From: Candidatus Zixiibacteriota bacterium
Lineage (GTDB): Bacteria > Zixibacteria > MSB-5A5 > GN15 > PGXB01
Direction of reading: 5' to 3'
Length of the DNA stretch: 64,000 nucleotides
Assembly: GCA_041752195.1 (NCBI GenBank)
Contig: JBGSHP010000011.1
Coordinates: forward strand, 139,628-203,627
The notes beneath the pieces are model-generated. The model saw only the letters and a program-made list of their open reading frames with translations, was not told the origin of the DNA and ran no database searches. A program made the position numbers and the translations under genes. Shown here in pieces: positions 28,415 through 37,871 of this stretch; position 1 is the first letter of the stretch, and the number at the start of each line of letters is the position of its first letter.

Positions 28415-30468
28415 TCACCTTGCGCCGTGTCTTTATCTGATACGTCGAAAAAGTCGCCGTCGACACCGCCTCCCCACTTGGAATCGGTTTTCCAGAGACT
28501 GCTGTCGGCCCCGTTGCCGTCATAGCGGTCGCGGCCGCCTAAATCCAGGAACAGCCCGATCGAGCCGAAATCCCGGCGGGGATTGCCGTACCCCTGCGTA
28601 TTATGCTTTTTGAGAACATAGTAGGCGTCGTCGCCCTTGTCATCCATGAGGATCCCGATCCCGTTGGCCGAACCGGCCCCCTGCGAGAGGTCGTCAGCCT
28701 GATAAATGTCGTTGCCTTCGCGATCCTGTATAAAACCGCAGGAATAGTCATGCCCCACGCCCTGCATCAGCCCTTTACCCCGATAAAAATCATCGCCGCC
28801 GTCATCGCGTAAAAACCCCAGCGACATATGCGCCGCCGATCCCTGGGCATATTGATATGAAATATACTGGTCGTTGCCGGATTTATCATAAATCACTCCC
28901 AGCGACCACCAGTAACTGGCTCCCTGGCCGAAAATATCCGAGATATAATTATCGTTGCCGGCGAAATCCAGGATTGTCCCGATACCTCCCGATAATCCCG
29001 GCCTGATGCCGTACCCGAATCCTTGCGACAGCGACAGGTAGTGATCGTCATAGCGGAGTATATCCTTGTACTTATTACCGGCCATATAATTATCGTTGCC
29101 CAGGATATCGCAGATAATTCCGAATCCCTCGACAAATCCAAAACCCTGGGAATAAATGGCCGCCGAATAAACATCCGAACCGCCCCGGTCGATTATCGCC
29201 CCGATACCGAACGTCCCGGCTCCCTGGCAGTGAGTATCTCCATAATAACAGTCGTGCCCGGCGGCGTCGTAAATCATCCCCAGTCCGAAATATCCCGAAC
29301 CACATGAAAAATTTTTCCCGTTATAAATATCGTGGCCGTCCATGTCATACAGAAGTCCCACCCCGAAACAACCCGACCCCAGGGCAAAATCGGTGATTGC
29401 GTTATAGATATCATTCCCGCCCAGATCGATGATAACGACATCGTGCGGGTTGGCCGGATCATAGGCCAGGTCGTATTTATCATTGCCGCCCAAATCCAGA
29501 ATAAAAGTGAAATCCCCGCTGTGGAAATCATCGCCCGGCCCGGATATCTTCCAGCCTTTCTGCTTCCCCAGGTAAAATTCGGCGCCGGTCACCCGGGGCA
29601 TATAGACCGTATCTTTGAGAACCCGGTTGGGGTCAATTTCTTTTTCGGCAATCGCCTTCTGCAGGGTGGCAATCATTTCCGCTATCACCCCGGCCTTGAT
29701 ATACCCCAAATACAAAAGTGGATCCTTGTTAATTTTCTTCCCGAACCCGACAAACTGGTCGACATATTTTTCTTCGGCCTTTTCGATGGAATCGATTGCT
29801 TCCACCGTTTTCATTTCATCGGCGGTATCTTCCATGACGATCTGCCGGAATTCCTGCCGCAGAAATATCCTTTCACCGTCGGATAATTTATCGAATAAGG
29901 TTTTTCGACCGGCCGGGAAATGACGGCCCAGGATATCATGCATCATCCCCAGAAAACGGTTAAGCGGGTCGGAAGTATAGAAAGTGTTCATGACTCCGGC
30001 GTCGCGTTTTTCCTCGATATGGCCGTAGCGCTCGCGGGAAGAATCTGCCACTGCCAGATTATCGAAGGCAAACTTAAGCAGAGCCTGCGAGTCGTCCTTT
30101 TTTCCGACCTCGAGCAATTCATCCGCGAAAAGAGTCATATCATAAGGGGAAGCCATCAATTCTGATATTGTCGCCAGGCGGTGATAATCCTCTTCGGTAT
30201 AGTCGGGCCGAAAGTGAATATCCGAAGGCACCAGGTTCAGAAGGCTCATAAGAAAGGCCACCGCCCTTGTCTCCACATCTTCAGGCAATTTAATGATGCG
30301 GGGAACAGTGCCCATCGTATCCGGGGGAATTTGAATTGCGGAATCGACCGCGGTCGAATCAGGGGGGAGTGGCTCCGGAATTGCGATTTTCGAAGAATCC
30401 GGCGGGGTTTGCGCCACGGCCGAAAATCCCAGTCCGATTAGGAGTAAAAAATAAAGGCAGGTTTTCAT
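28411..30468 (-). CDS. Secreted protein with an N-terminal alpha-helical region and at least 12 tandem GxDxY-core repeats of about 19-20 aa, predicted to form a beta-solenoid. The family is not recognised.
   Basis: A signal peptide (MKTCLYFLLLIGLGFSAVAQ) begins at the internal Met 30468; the ORF-track start is 30504. The repeats GGNDKY, GGNDIY, DGHDIY, AGHDCY, GGSDVY, LGNDNY, AGNDNY, SGNDQY, GGDDFY, EGNDIY, KGDDAY and GGRDRY are each followed by a QG.G.G..G.L.D segment. Confidence 0.7.
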   Translation of the reverse strand: MKTCLYFLLLIGLGFSAVAQTPPDSSKIAIPEPLPPDSTAVDSAIQIPPDTMGTVPRIIKLPEDVETRAVAFLMSLLNLVPSDIHFRPDYTEEDYHRLATISELMASPYDMTLFADELLEVGKKDDSQALLKFAFDNLAVADSSRERYGHIEEKRDAGVMNTFYTSDPLNRFLGMMHDILGRHFPAGRKTLFDKLSDGERIFLRQEFRQIVMEDTADEMKTVEAIDSIEKAEEKYVDQFVGFGKKINKDPLLYLGYIKAGVIAEMIATLQKAIAEKEIDPNRVLKDTVYMPRVTGAEFYLGKQKGWKISGPGDDFHSGDFTFILDLGGNDKYDLAYDPANPHDVVIIDLGGNDIYNAITDFALGSGCFGVGLLYDMDGHDIYNGKNFSCGSGYFGLGMIYDAAGHDCYYGDTHCQGAGTFGIGAIIDRGGSDVYSAAIYSQGFGFVEGFGIICDILGNDNYMAGNKYKDILRYDDHYLSLSQGFGYGIRPGLSGGIGTILDFAGNDNYISDIFGQGASYWWSLGVIYDKSGNDQYISYQYAQGSAAHMSLGFLRDDGGDDFYRGKGLMQGVGHDYSCGFIQDREGNDIYQADDLSQGAGSANGIGILMDDKGDDAYYVLKKHNTQGYGNPRRDFGSIGLFLDLGGRDRYDGNGADSSLWKTDSKWGGGVDGDFFDVSDKDTAQGE

Positions 30469-30559
30469 AGAATAGAAGTAACGTCTAAGTTCAGGCGAGG
30501 TCAATTACTTTTTAAAGGGCTTAAATCCTGAAATATCAAACAACCGGCCTTTCCGCCCG

Positions 30560-30602
30560 GATAAAACTAAAGGGCCGATTTGGTCCTCGGCCCTTTAATT
30601 TT
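30560..30602. terminator. Hairpin terminator between the NfeD-flotillin operon and the beta-solenoid operon.
   Basis: The hairpin GGGCCGA-tttggtcc-TCGGCCC has U/T-rich flanks on both strands (TTTAATTTT on plus, TTTAGTTTTAT on minus). Confidence 0.5.
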
Positions 30603-30634
30603 GCGTATTATTTCGATTGTCTCTCTGAATCAGC

Positions 30635-31174
30635 TTATTTTATCTCCGTAAAAGTAATATGATCGCCTTCGATCCCGGCCCAGAAGGAGCGCACCGAGAC
30701 ACCTGAAAAATCCTGCCAAATCGTCATGGCCGCCTTTTTCAGGTCCATTTTCCCCTGCAATGGCAACTGGATATCAAAGCGATAATCTTTCATCTTTTCG
30801 TACCAGTGGCAGTCCTCGTGATTGATGATTATTATCTGTTTGAGATCGCCCGCCTTCAAATGGTATTTCACCTGTTCCCAGAGCACCTTGAAATTCTTGG
30901 GCAGGAAAGCCTGCATGCCGAAAGCATGCACCCCGCCCCCGATTATAAGGGGCGTGTAATTGGCCAGGCCCAGTTCTTCCACGATAAATCTCCGGAATGC
31001 TTTCTGGAACCGGGGATCGCCGCAATGTATGACCAGAGCCTGGGACTCGGTTTGGTCCAGTTTATATCGAACCCGGCCGTCGACCATCACATCCGGCTCT
31101 ATTTCATGCACGGCCATCGCCGGAGGGGCATGATGTATTTCCGGCGAGGAAATCCTCTCCCGTTTGACTTTCAT
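30635..31174 (-). CDS. Hypothetical protein with a divergent beta-carbonic-anhydrase-like zinc-site signature.
   Basis: HCGDPR supplies C-x-D-x-R and, about 58 residues later, INHEDC supplies H-x-x-C. The spacing matches the beta-CA metal ligands. The GG that usually follows HxxC is missing, and the protein is short (179 aa), so the assignment is tentative. Confidence 0.35.
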   Translation of the reverse strand: MKVKRERISSPEIHHAPPAMAVHEIEPDVMVDGRVRYKLDQTESQALVIHCGDPRFQKAFRRFIVEELGLANYTPLIIGGGVHAFGMQAFLPKNFKVLWEQVKYHLKAGDLKQIIIINHEDCHWYEKMKDYRFDIQLPLQGKMDLKKAAMTIWQDFSGVSVRSFWAGIEGDHITFTEIK

Positions 31175-31180
31175 TATGAA

Positions 31181-32821
31181 TTAATCTCCTTTGCGGGATC
31201 CCTTGGGCGTTATCCCGGTTTCCGCGCCACCCAGGAGATCTTCGGTTCTGACGCCGATTTTTTTCATCAATTCGGATAAATCGATGCCGGCCGCCTTGGC
31301 CTGTTCCAGGAACTGGAATATCATGGTCGGGCCCGTCTTGGCGAAACGATTCAGAGCCCCCTGATTATCGCTGCCGCCGCCGCTGTCGACCACGACCAGT
31401 TTATCGATATTACCCATCGGCGCCGCGATAGAGCCGAAAACGGAACCGAGCGCCTGGACGGTCTGCGGCAACACCTTGAGGACTTCCAGGGTCAGCGCCG
31501 CCTGGTTGAATTGCTGATAGGCTTTGGCCAGTTCCGAAACCGTGACGGCCCGGGCCAATCCCTGTTTCTCAATCACCATGGCTTCTGCCAATCCTTTGCT
31601 CTGGGCCACCTCCGCCTCGGCAAAACCGGTGGCCTTGGTCGCCGAAGCCAAACCCACACCCTCGGCCGCCCGCTTATGCTGCTCGGCGTCGGCCCGGGCG
31701 ATTACGGCGTACTTATCACCGTCGGCCCGAGCCACCTCGGACTGCTTATATCCCTCGGCCGATCTGATACTGGCGTCGGCCTGGGCTTTGGCCGGGACCA
31801 CGACCTCGGCCTCCTGCGATTTCTGCTCGCGGAGAATATTCTGCTCTTCCACATGGATCTGCGCCCGGGAGCGTTCCTCTTCTATCTTAACCTCGGCCAC
31901 GACTACCTTCTGGCGTTCACCTGCCGAAGACAGCGGGCCGGCCTGTTCGGTGACCGCCTTTTCCGTGGAAATTTCCGCCTGATATTTCTGCCGGGCTACT
32001 TCGGTGTTTTTCTGGGCCTGCGACATCAACCTCAAATTTTCCTGGGCGACCACCTCCGCCTCGCGTTCGGCATCGGTGGCTTTTTTCTTGGCCTCGGACT
32101 GCGCCTGCGCTTCTCCGATAGCGGCGTCGCGTTTGACCTCGGCGGTTCGCTTTTTACCGAGTGCCTCGATAAATCCCTGTTCATCGGTAATCGATTGCGG
32201 ATTGAAAACGTCTATCTGCATCCCCAGCCGGGCCAGGTCCTCGCCGGCCTCCCCGAGAACCTGCTGCCGGAACGCCTCGCGGTCCTTTATCAATTGGTCC
32301 ACCGTCAGGGTGCCGACCACGCCGCGAAGATTGGCTTCCAGAGTTTCCCGGGCCATAGAAGAAATCATTTCCGGGTGCATCCCCAGAAACCGGGCGCCCG
32401 CCGCCAGGAGCGACTGGGCGTCATCCTTGAAACGGATATTGGCCACGGCTTCCACCGTCACCAAAACACCGTCGATATTGGGCATATTTTTGACAATAAT
32501 CTGCGGCAGGGATATTTCCGTCAGATCCAGAAATTGCACTTCCTCGATAATCGGCTTGCGAATCCGGCCGCCGCCGGTTACCACCACCGTGCCGGGCGGC
32601 AGAACCGTAACCGTGGCTTCGGTGGACTGGGGCGTGGCCGTGGAAGTCAGCTTGATGGCCCCCTTCTTGCCGCTGCGGGCGCCATAGAAGAATGCCGCTT
32701 TGTTGGGTGGAACCCGCACATAAAAAGCCGACAGGGTCTTAACCAGGACAATTAAGGCCAGAATAGCCGCAAAGCCTATGGCCGGCCAGATTAGATATCC
32801 CGTGACATTGGTTAATTCCAT
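31181..32821 (-). CDS. Flotillin-family (SPFH/band-7) membrane scaffold protein, YqiK-like.
   Basis: An N-terminal TM helix is followed by an SPFH domain and a long Ala/Glu/Lys/Gln-rich coiled coil (AEREAEVVAQENLRL..). At 546 aa the size is typical of bacterial flotillins. Confidence 0.85.
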   Translation of the reverse strand: MELTNVTGYLIWPAIGFAAILALIVLVKTLSAFYVRVPPNKAAFFYGARSGKKGAIKLTSTATPQSTEATVTVLPPGTVVVTGGGRIRKPIIEEVQFLDLTEISLPQIIVKNMPNIDGVLVTVEAVANIRFKDDAQSLLAAGARFLGMHPEMISSMARETLEANLRGVVGTLTVDQLIKDREAFRQQVLGEAGEDLARLGMQIDVFNPQSITDEQGFIEALGKKRTAEVKRDAAIGEAQAQSEAKKKATDAEREAEVVAQENLRLMSQAQKNTEVARQKYQAEISTEKAVTEQAGPLSSAGERQKVVVAEVKIEEERSRAQIHVEEQNILREQKSQEAEVVVPAKAQADASIRSAEGYKQSEVARADGDKYAVIARADAEQHKRAAEGVGLASATKATGFAEAEVAQSKGLAEAMVIEKQGLARAVTVSELAKAYQQFNQAALTLEVLKVLPQTVQALGSVFGSIAAPMGNIDKLVVVDSGGGSDNQGALNRFAKTGPTMIFQFLEQAKAAGIDLSELMKKIGVRTEDLLGGAETGITPKGSRKGD

Positions 32822-32853
32822 TAATTACCCTCCTGGGGACTTATATTTGGATT

Positions 32854-33378
32854 TTAGATCTGCGAATTATCGATCGGTTGAACAGTGACAATATTGCCGG
32901 TCTTGCCGACTATTTTGATCGGAATTCCGCGGGCGATCGGCCGCCCGTCATGCGAACGGGCCAAAAAGGTGATTTCGCGACCCTTGATGATGCAGGCCAC
33001 CTGGCCGTTGCGGTTTTGAGCGATGGCATCGATCAAATTGGCCGGTTTGCCGACCACCTCTTCATCCTGGATGGTGGAACTGGCTTGAGAGGCATAAAAG
33101 CCCTTCATGATTAACCACCCGATCAAACCCAGGGCGGCCGCCCCCGCCACCCCCCCCAGGGAGGATTGAAACATCGACGCTTCCGTGGTCGAACGAAATC
33201 CGAAACCGACCGCGCCGAATCCCACCATTAACAGGGCCACCATCTTGATGCTGAAAATATTCGGTCCCCCGGAATCGGTATCGATGTCGGCATTGGCATC
33301 GATGTCATGCTCGCCGAAAAACATACTTATGGCCAGGATGATAAATCCTACGCCGAAAATCGAGGCAAAAATAATCAT
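32854..33378 (-). CDS. NfeD-family membrane protein, the YqiJ-like partner of flotillin.
   Basis: N-terminal TM helices are followed by a C-terminal OB-fold beta-barrel (GQVACIIKGREITFLARSHDGRPIARGIPIKIVGKTGNIVTVQP). It lies immediately upstream of the flotillin gene, as in yqiJK-type operons. Confidence 0.75.
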   Translation of the reverse strand: MIIFASIFGVGFIILAISMFFGEHDIDANADIDTDSGGPNIFSIKMVALLMVGFGAVGFGFRSTTEASMFQSSLGGVAGAAALGLIGWLIMKGFYASQASSTIQDEEVVGKPANLIDAIAQNRNGQVACIIKGREITFLARSHDGRPIARGIPIKIVGKTGNIVTVQPIDNSQI

Positions 33379-33528
33379 AGAATCCTCAAAGGTCTATTTT
33401 TGGTGTCATTTAATATACCGAATAGAATACAAAATATTCGATAATGTCGAGTTAAAAAAGAGACAATGTGTATTGATGGTGAATGTGCGGAATTTAATAT
33501 TGACCGCAAAAGATAAACTAGGCCGGGG

Positions 33529-34302
33529 TTATCTTCTTTTCGTCAGAACCCATATCCAGGTGGGCAAAAAGGGATAAAAATGCTTGAAAAAAGCCAAGGT
33601 GATTTTACTCCCCAGGCGATTGGGGCCGGTCATGTCTTCGCTGTAAAAGGCCTCGGGATTGCGGCGGATAATACGGGTGTAATCGTGGCGCCAGAAGGCT
33701 TCGGTCATTTTGTTCAGGGCCTTGAGAGAGGGAATCTGGGAATCGTAGCGACCCTTGCGCCCCGCCAATTTAAAATATAACTCCGCCAGGGGATGCGGCA
33801 GCCAGGACAGGAAGGGCAAAAGATGCTCTCTTTCCATGACCGTGTACTTGCTGGTGGCCCCGAAATAACAGAATCCTTCGTATTTCAGAACCCGGTATAT
33901 TTCAGCCATCATTCTTTTCTGGTGCATGGTATTTTCCAGGAAACGATCGCAAATTACGACATCGACGGAATTGTCCTGTAAAGGAAGCAGGGAGCCGTCG
34001 GTGCAGAGATAGTGTATATTGTCGCGGCGGCTTATCCGGCGGGCCAGTTGCAACCGCGAGGAATCTATATCCAGGGCGATGACCCGCTGGAAATGGGGGG
34101 CGAGAGCCTCCGTCATGATGCCCCGGGATGACCCCAATTGCAGCGCCTTCAATCCTTCCAGTGGCAGGGCCGAAAAATGGCGACAGACAGCTATTATCCG
34201 TCGTGCCTCCCCTTCACCCTCCAGTATTTCCGGTAATACGGGAATGCGGGCCGGCCCCTGGGCCCGGATTCCGAGCGGCTTTTCTGTGATTGAGGTGGGC
34301 AA
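33529..34302 (-). CDS. Class I SAM-dependent methyltransferase.
   Basis: SAM-binding motif I (ALQLGSSRGIMTEAL) and the VIALDID / VDVVICD motifs are present. The protein is 257 aa. Confidence 0.75.
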   Translation of the reverse strand: MPTSITEKPLGIRAQGPARIPVLPEILEGEGEARRIIAVCRHFSALPLEGLKALQLGSSRGIMTEALAPHFQRVIALDIDSSRLQLARRISRRDNIHYLCTDGSLLPLQDNSVDVVICDRFLENTMHQKRMMAEIYRVLKYEGFCYFGATSKYTVMEREHLLPFLSWLPHPLAELYFKLAGRKGRYDSQIPSLKALNKMTEAFWRHDYTRIIRRNPEAFYSEDMTGPNRLGSKITLAFFKHFYPFLPTWIWVLTKRR

Positions 34303-34324
34303 TCTTCCTCCCCGGACGGCCGGT

Positions 34325-36376
34325 CTACTCCTCGACGATAGCGACCTTTTTTCTGTCCATCACTTCGACGATGCGCCGCCCCAGATCGAGAATCTTTTGA
34401 TTCTGCGGTTCCATCGCCAGGGCGTCGGATACCTGTTTAAGCGCCTCGGTGAATTTTCCATCGGAAACCAGAATGCGGGCCAGCCGCAATTTTAAATCGA
34501 TACTATTCTGGTCGATGACCATAGCCCGGTCATACAGGCGGTGGGCCGTTTCGTCCTTTTCCAGTCGATCGTAATAAGTTCCGACGTCGAAAAGCCACCT
34601 TCCGGTAATATCGGCGGTCTTCTGCTCGTCGGGATTTCCGGCAATCGCCTTTTCTATCAGCGCCAGGTGGTCATCGTAAACGGGAGGCAGAACCGTTGCC
34701 GAGTCCGGCCCCTGACCCCAGCGGAAAAGAATCCCCGAAGGCATCAGCAGTTTCGGGCTGGCTCCGGGAACCCCCGGCTGAACGAATATTGTCCTCTCCG
34801 TCATATTGGCCCGGCAGAGATCAAAAATATAACGGGCCTGGCTTTGATCCCTGGTGATCGTATCGGGCCATTTCAGTTCCGGATGGGCAACTTTCAGGGC
34901 CTGGCGACTCTCCGGGTCACGAAATTGTTCGACCGAAAAGATACATATTCCCGGGTTGTATGATTCCACATTGACATAATAATATAACGGCTGCAAGAGA
35001 CCGTCATCGGCCACGACCAAAAGCGAATTTTCCGGCATCGATTGCAAAACGGCCTTGCTGATTATTTCGGGCCCCTCTACCCGGGATAAATCCGCCTTCG
35101 AAAAATTATCATTGTAGGCGATATAAATGAAGACGCATATTCCCAGGGCCATGTAAACCGAGGAATGTCCCGCCAGTAATTGGGTTCGCAAGATGAATAA
35201 CAGCCCCGAGAATGTGGCAATGATGACCAGGGCCAGAAGCGGCGCCATGAAACTGATCATGTCATAATTCTCGAGATCCAGTTCGCCCAGTTGAAGCAAG
35301 AACCCCAGGTAGCATAAGATGCCCAGTAAAATGAAAAAGAATATTCTCTTGGAGAGAAAAACCAATCCGGCCAGACCGAAAACCAAAAGTCCCAGCATCG
35401 GCCATTCGATTTCTTCGCCCAGGTAAAATCCCAATTTTTTCAATCTTTCCAGAAATATCGGCCAGGATTCCTGCCAGGTTCCGGCCGGCAAATCGAAAAG
35501 CGAAGCGGTAGTGGAAGGCTCGGCCGCGGCCTGATTCAGATGCACGGCCGGCGCCAGGATCGAGTCCCCCGGCACAAATAACAGCCCTATCAGGCATACC
35601 GCCAGGACGGCCGCGAGTGTTCCCGTAAATTTCAGTTTATAGTCCAGGGAAGGCAGATAGGTCAAAATCAAAAGCACGAAGGCCGGCGCGAAAATCAAAG
35701 CCAGCAGGGGATGATTAATCAGGCTTAACCCGTACAGCCATATCCCCAGGATAAAGGCTTTCGCATTTTGCCCCTGGACACCTTCGATCGAAAAATAGAT
35801 GGCCCCCATGGTCAGAGCCATATGCAGGGCGTAGACATCGGTATGGCTGGCGGCCATCCAGATCGGCAGCGTCAGGGCATATAATATTGCCGCCGCCAGG
35901 GCCGGTAATTCCGTGAGCGCCGGGCGCGCGATACGCTCGATATCGATGTCCATGTCGATCCCGCCCAGGTCGGGGTTGCTTTCTATGAGATTGCGATAAC
36001 TGGGCAGACTTTTGTACTGGCGATGCATCACCGGGACCTGGAACAACCTTCTGATGGCCAGGTAAAACAGCGTGGCCGAGAGCGCCACCAGAAAGGCCGA
36101 GACGACATTGGCGGAGAAGGCCGGGGCCCAGCCCGGTATAATGGTAATCAAATGATTGAAAACGGTGAAAAGCGGGTAGGTCAGGCCCTGATCCGGCTGA
36201 AAGATATACCCGGCCGCCCGGAATTCCGCGGCCGTACCCCAAAATATTCCCGGCGCCATGGTTTTTATATAAAGCGCAAACGTGCCGCATAATACCATGA
36301 GGGGGACCGCCCAATCGGAAAGCAGTTTCAATTTGCTGGGTCTAATGTAGGTATAATCAATATCGTGCTTGACCAT
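34325..36376 (-). CDS. DUF2723-like (TMEM260/PMT-like GT-C fold) polytopic membrane protein with a C-terminal TPR domain.
   Basis: The N-terminal region (APGIFWGTAAEFRAAGYIFQPDQGLTYPLFTVFNHL) aligns to the DUF2723 FWDxGEF...GYPLFT signature. More than 10 TM helices and C-terminal TPR repeats are present. Start 36376 is preferred because it has an AGGAA Shine-Dalgarno and avoids overlap with the pilin gene; the ORF-track start 36658 is unlikely. Confidence 0.55.
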   Translation of the reverse strand: MVKHDIDYTYIRPSKLKLLSDWAVPLMVLCGTFALYIKTMAPGIFWGTAAEFRAAGYIFQPDQGLTYPLFTVFNHLITIIPGWAPAFSANVVSAFLVALSATLFYLAIRRLFQVPVMHRQYKSLPSYRNLIESNPDLGGIDMDIDIERIARPALTELPALAAAILYALTLPIWMAASHTDVYALHMALTMGAIYFSIEGVQGQNAKAFILGIWLYGLSLINHPLLALIFAPAFVLLILTYLPSLDYKLKFTGTLAAVLAVCLIGLLFVPGDSILAPAVHLNQAAAEPSTTASLFDLPAGTWQESWPIFLERLKKLGFYLGEEIEWPMLGLLVFGLAGLVFLSKRIFFFILLGILCYLGFLLQLGELDLENYDMISFMAPLLALVIIATFSGLLFILRTQLLAGHSSVYMALGICVFIYIAYNDNFSKADLSRVEGPEIISKAVLQSMPENSLLVVADDGLLQPLYYYVNVESYNPGICIFSVEQFRDPESRQALKVAHPELKWPDTITRDQSQARYIFDLCRANMTERTIFVQPGVPGASPKLLMPSGILFRWGQGPDSATVLPPVYDDHLALIEKAIAGNPDEQKTADITGRWLFDVGTYYDRLEKDETAHRLYDRAMVIDQNSIDLKLRLARILVSDGKFTEALKQVSDALAMEPQNQKILDLGRRIVEVMDRKKVAIVEE

Positions 36377-36578
36377 ATTTTTTGTTCCTGCCTTATCATA
36401 ATCCCCGCCGGGATAAGCGGCCCGGGGAATGTGCTCTGCCACTATGTCTTTTATATTTTCGGCCGGAAGGGCCCAAAACTGAAGCATAATCGAACGGCTA
36501 AGACCTTCAGCCCCAAGAGGAAAAATAAAAAACGGCCCCGTTCGGGGGCCGTTTACGAATTTCCCTAAGCAGACAGGC

Positions 36579-37016
36579 TTAGAGTATGGCGTCGTCGGTC
36601 GTGCAGGTAAGTATGCCCTGCTCGTTAATCTGCCAAACGTCGTTGGAAGCATCGTCATCCAGACCGGTCGCCGTGCCGGTGACGGTCAGGTTGGTGGCGG
36701 TAGCCGTCACGATATTGTAGGCGTAACGGGCGCCGGCGGGTATTTCCACGCCGATAGTCGCGAAGTTATTTTGGTTGGCCGCCAGAGAGTCAGCCGTGGT
36801 GCCCTGGCCCCAGTACACGTCATTGGCCTGGCGATAGGTGCGTTCCATGGTGTAAATCTGTTTCAGAATCTGCTTGACTTCCGACTGCTTGGACTTGGTG
36901 GTGGCCGCCATGAAACGAGGAATGGCCAAAGCCGCCAAGATACCAATGATCACAACCACGATCATTAATTCGATGAGGGTGAAACCCTTCTGACGATTGT
37001 GGAACTTAGAGAACAT
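36579..37016 (-). CDS. Type IV pilin / pseudopilin with a prepilin-type N-terminal cleavage/methylation domain.
   Basis: The leader MFSKFHNRQKG is followed by FTLIELMIVVVIIGILAALAIP, the class-III signal peptide. An AGGAGG Shine-Dalgarno precedes the ATG. Confidence 0.9.
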   Translation of the reverse strand: MFSKFHNRQKGFTLIELMIVVVIIGILAALAIPRFMAATTKSKQSEVKQILKQIYTMERTYRQANDVYWGQGTTADSLAANQNNFATIGVEIPAGARYAYNIVTATATNLTVTGTATGLDDDASNDVWQINEQGILTCTTDDAIL

Positions 37017-37089
37017 AAAACCTCCTGCATAAGGTTTGTTGGTTCGTGCTCAATTTCGCAGATACTTAATGCAAATGCTTTGCCCAGCC

Positions 37090-37105
37090 CTGTTTTTGGG
37101 CATTT
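37090..37105 (-). promoter_or_regulatory. Candidate sigma-54 (-24/-12) promoter for pilin gene 1.
   Basis: The minus-strand sequence gGGCAAagcatTTGCAtt has GG and GC at the canonical 10-nt spacing and a TTGCA -12 element, about 75 nt upstream of the ATG. A PilR-like sigma-54 activator is encoded nearby. Confidence 0.4.
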
Positions 37106-37307
37106 TATCAGAGTATGGGATTTTTAAGTATTTGAATGGTAATGGCTAATCCCGTTTCGAAATATTTCTATGTGGTTTGTACCCAATAGGTTTGGGAGAT
37201 TCCCCATACTCCTCGCCGCCGTATTTTGCGATTCTTTTGGCAAAATGCAAGGCCCTTTCGATCTTTTCAAGGATTTTGGAAAGACCACTTTGGCTATCAG
37301 TCATGGA

Positions 37308-37342
37308 AATAAAAAGGCCGCCATTTACTGGCGGCCGGCGAA
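37308..37342 (-). terminator. Rho-independent terminator after pilin gene 2.
   Basis: The minus-strand hairpin GCCGGCCGCCA-gtaaa-TGGCGGCC is followed by TTTTTATTT, 25 nt after the stop. Confidence 0.65.
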
Positions 37343-37365
37343 AGAAAGCGTCTCTGAAAGGGGCT

Positions 37366-37797
37366 TTATAAAGCAGAATCATCCGTGATACAAACTATTA
37401 TACCACCTTCGTTTATCTCCCAGACATCGGTCGTGGGATCATCATCCAGGCCGGTGGCCGTGCCCCGGATCAGGAGGTTGGCGGCCGTGGCCGTGACAAT
37501 GCTGTAACTGTATCTCGAACCGCTCGGTATGTCGACACCTATGTTCATGAAATTGGTCTGGTTGGCCGGGAGCGAGTCGGCTGTCACTCCCTGTCCCCAA
37601 TAAGTATTGTTGATCTGGCGATGGCTCTGTTGCATAGTGAATATCTGCTTGAGTATCAGTTTCGCCTCGGATTGCTTGCTTCGCGTGGCCATCGGCACGA
37701 AGGCCGGAATCGCTAATGCCGCCAATATCCCTATAATAACCACGACTATCATCAACTCTATCATGGTAAAGCCGCGCTGGTGGGGTTTTCGTATCAC
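37366..37797 (-). CDS. Type IV pilin / pseudopilin, a tandem paralog.
   Basis: A GTG start is preceded by GAGGTGA. The leader MIRKPHQRG is followed by FTMIELMIVVVIIGILAALAIP, and the C-terminal region parallels gene 1 (ATGLDDDPTTDVWEINEGGIIVCITDDSAL versus ATGLDDDASNDVWQINEQGILTCTTDDAIL). Confidence 0.85.
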   Translation of the reverse strand: MIRKPHQRGFTMIELMIVVVIIGILAALAIPAFVPMATRSKQSEAKLILKQIFTMQQSHRQINNTYWGQGVTADSLPANQTNFMNIGVDIPSGSRYSYSIVTATAANLLIRGTATGLDDDPTTDVWEINEGGIIVCITDDSAL

Positions 37798-37854
37798 ACG
37801 TCACCTCGCTTTTCTAAAAATAAGAAAATTCGCATGCCTTTGGCGGTAACTGAA

Positions 37855-37871
37855 TGCAAACGGTATTCCGG
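37855..37871 (-). promoter_or_regulatory. Candidate sigma-54 promoter for pilin gene 2; the -24 element is weak.
   Basis: The minus-strand sequence ccGGaataccgtTTGCAtt has correct GG-N10-GC spacing and shares the TTTGCATT -12 block with the pilin-1 candidate. The -24 element is GGAAT rather than GGCAC. Confidence 0.3.

Noticed and set aside
31511-32755. A 414-aa plus-strand ORF, together with a second one at 32004..32687.
   Set aside because: Both lie entirely antisense to the well-supported flotillin gene. Their translations are Arg/Gly/Pro-rich low-complexity sequence typical of the high-GC reverse frame, and they match no known family.
35715-36314. A 199-aa ORF out of frame within the DUF2723-like gene, and a similar one at 50174..50689 within the carboxyltransferase gene.
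   Set aside because: They are on the same strand but in a different frame from strongly supported genes. Their translations are Gly/Arg/Pro-rich compositional artefacts.
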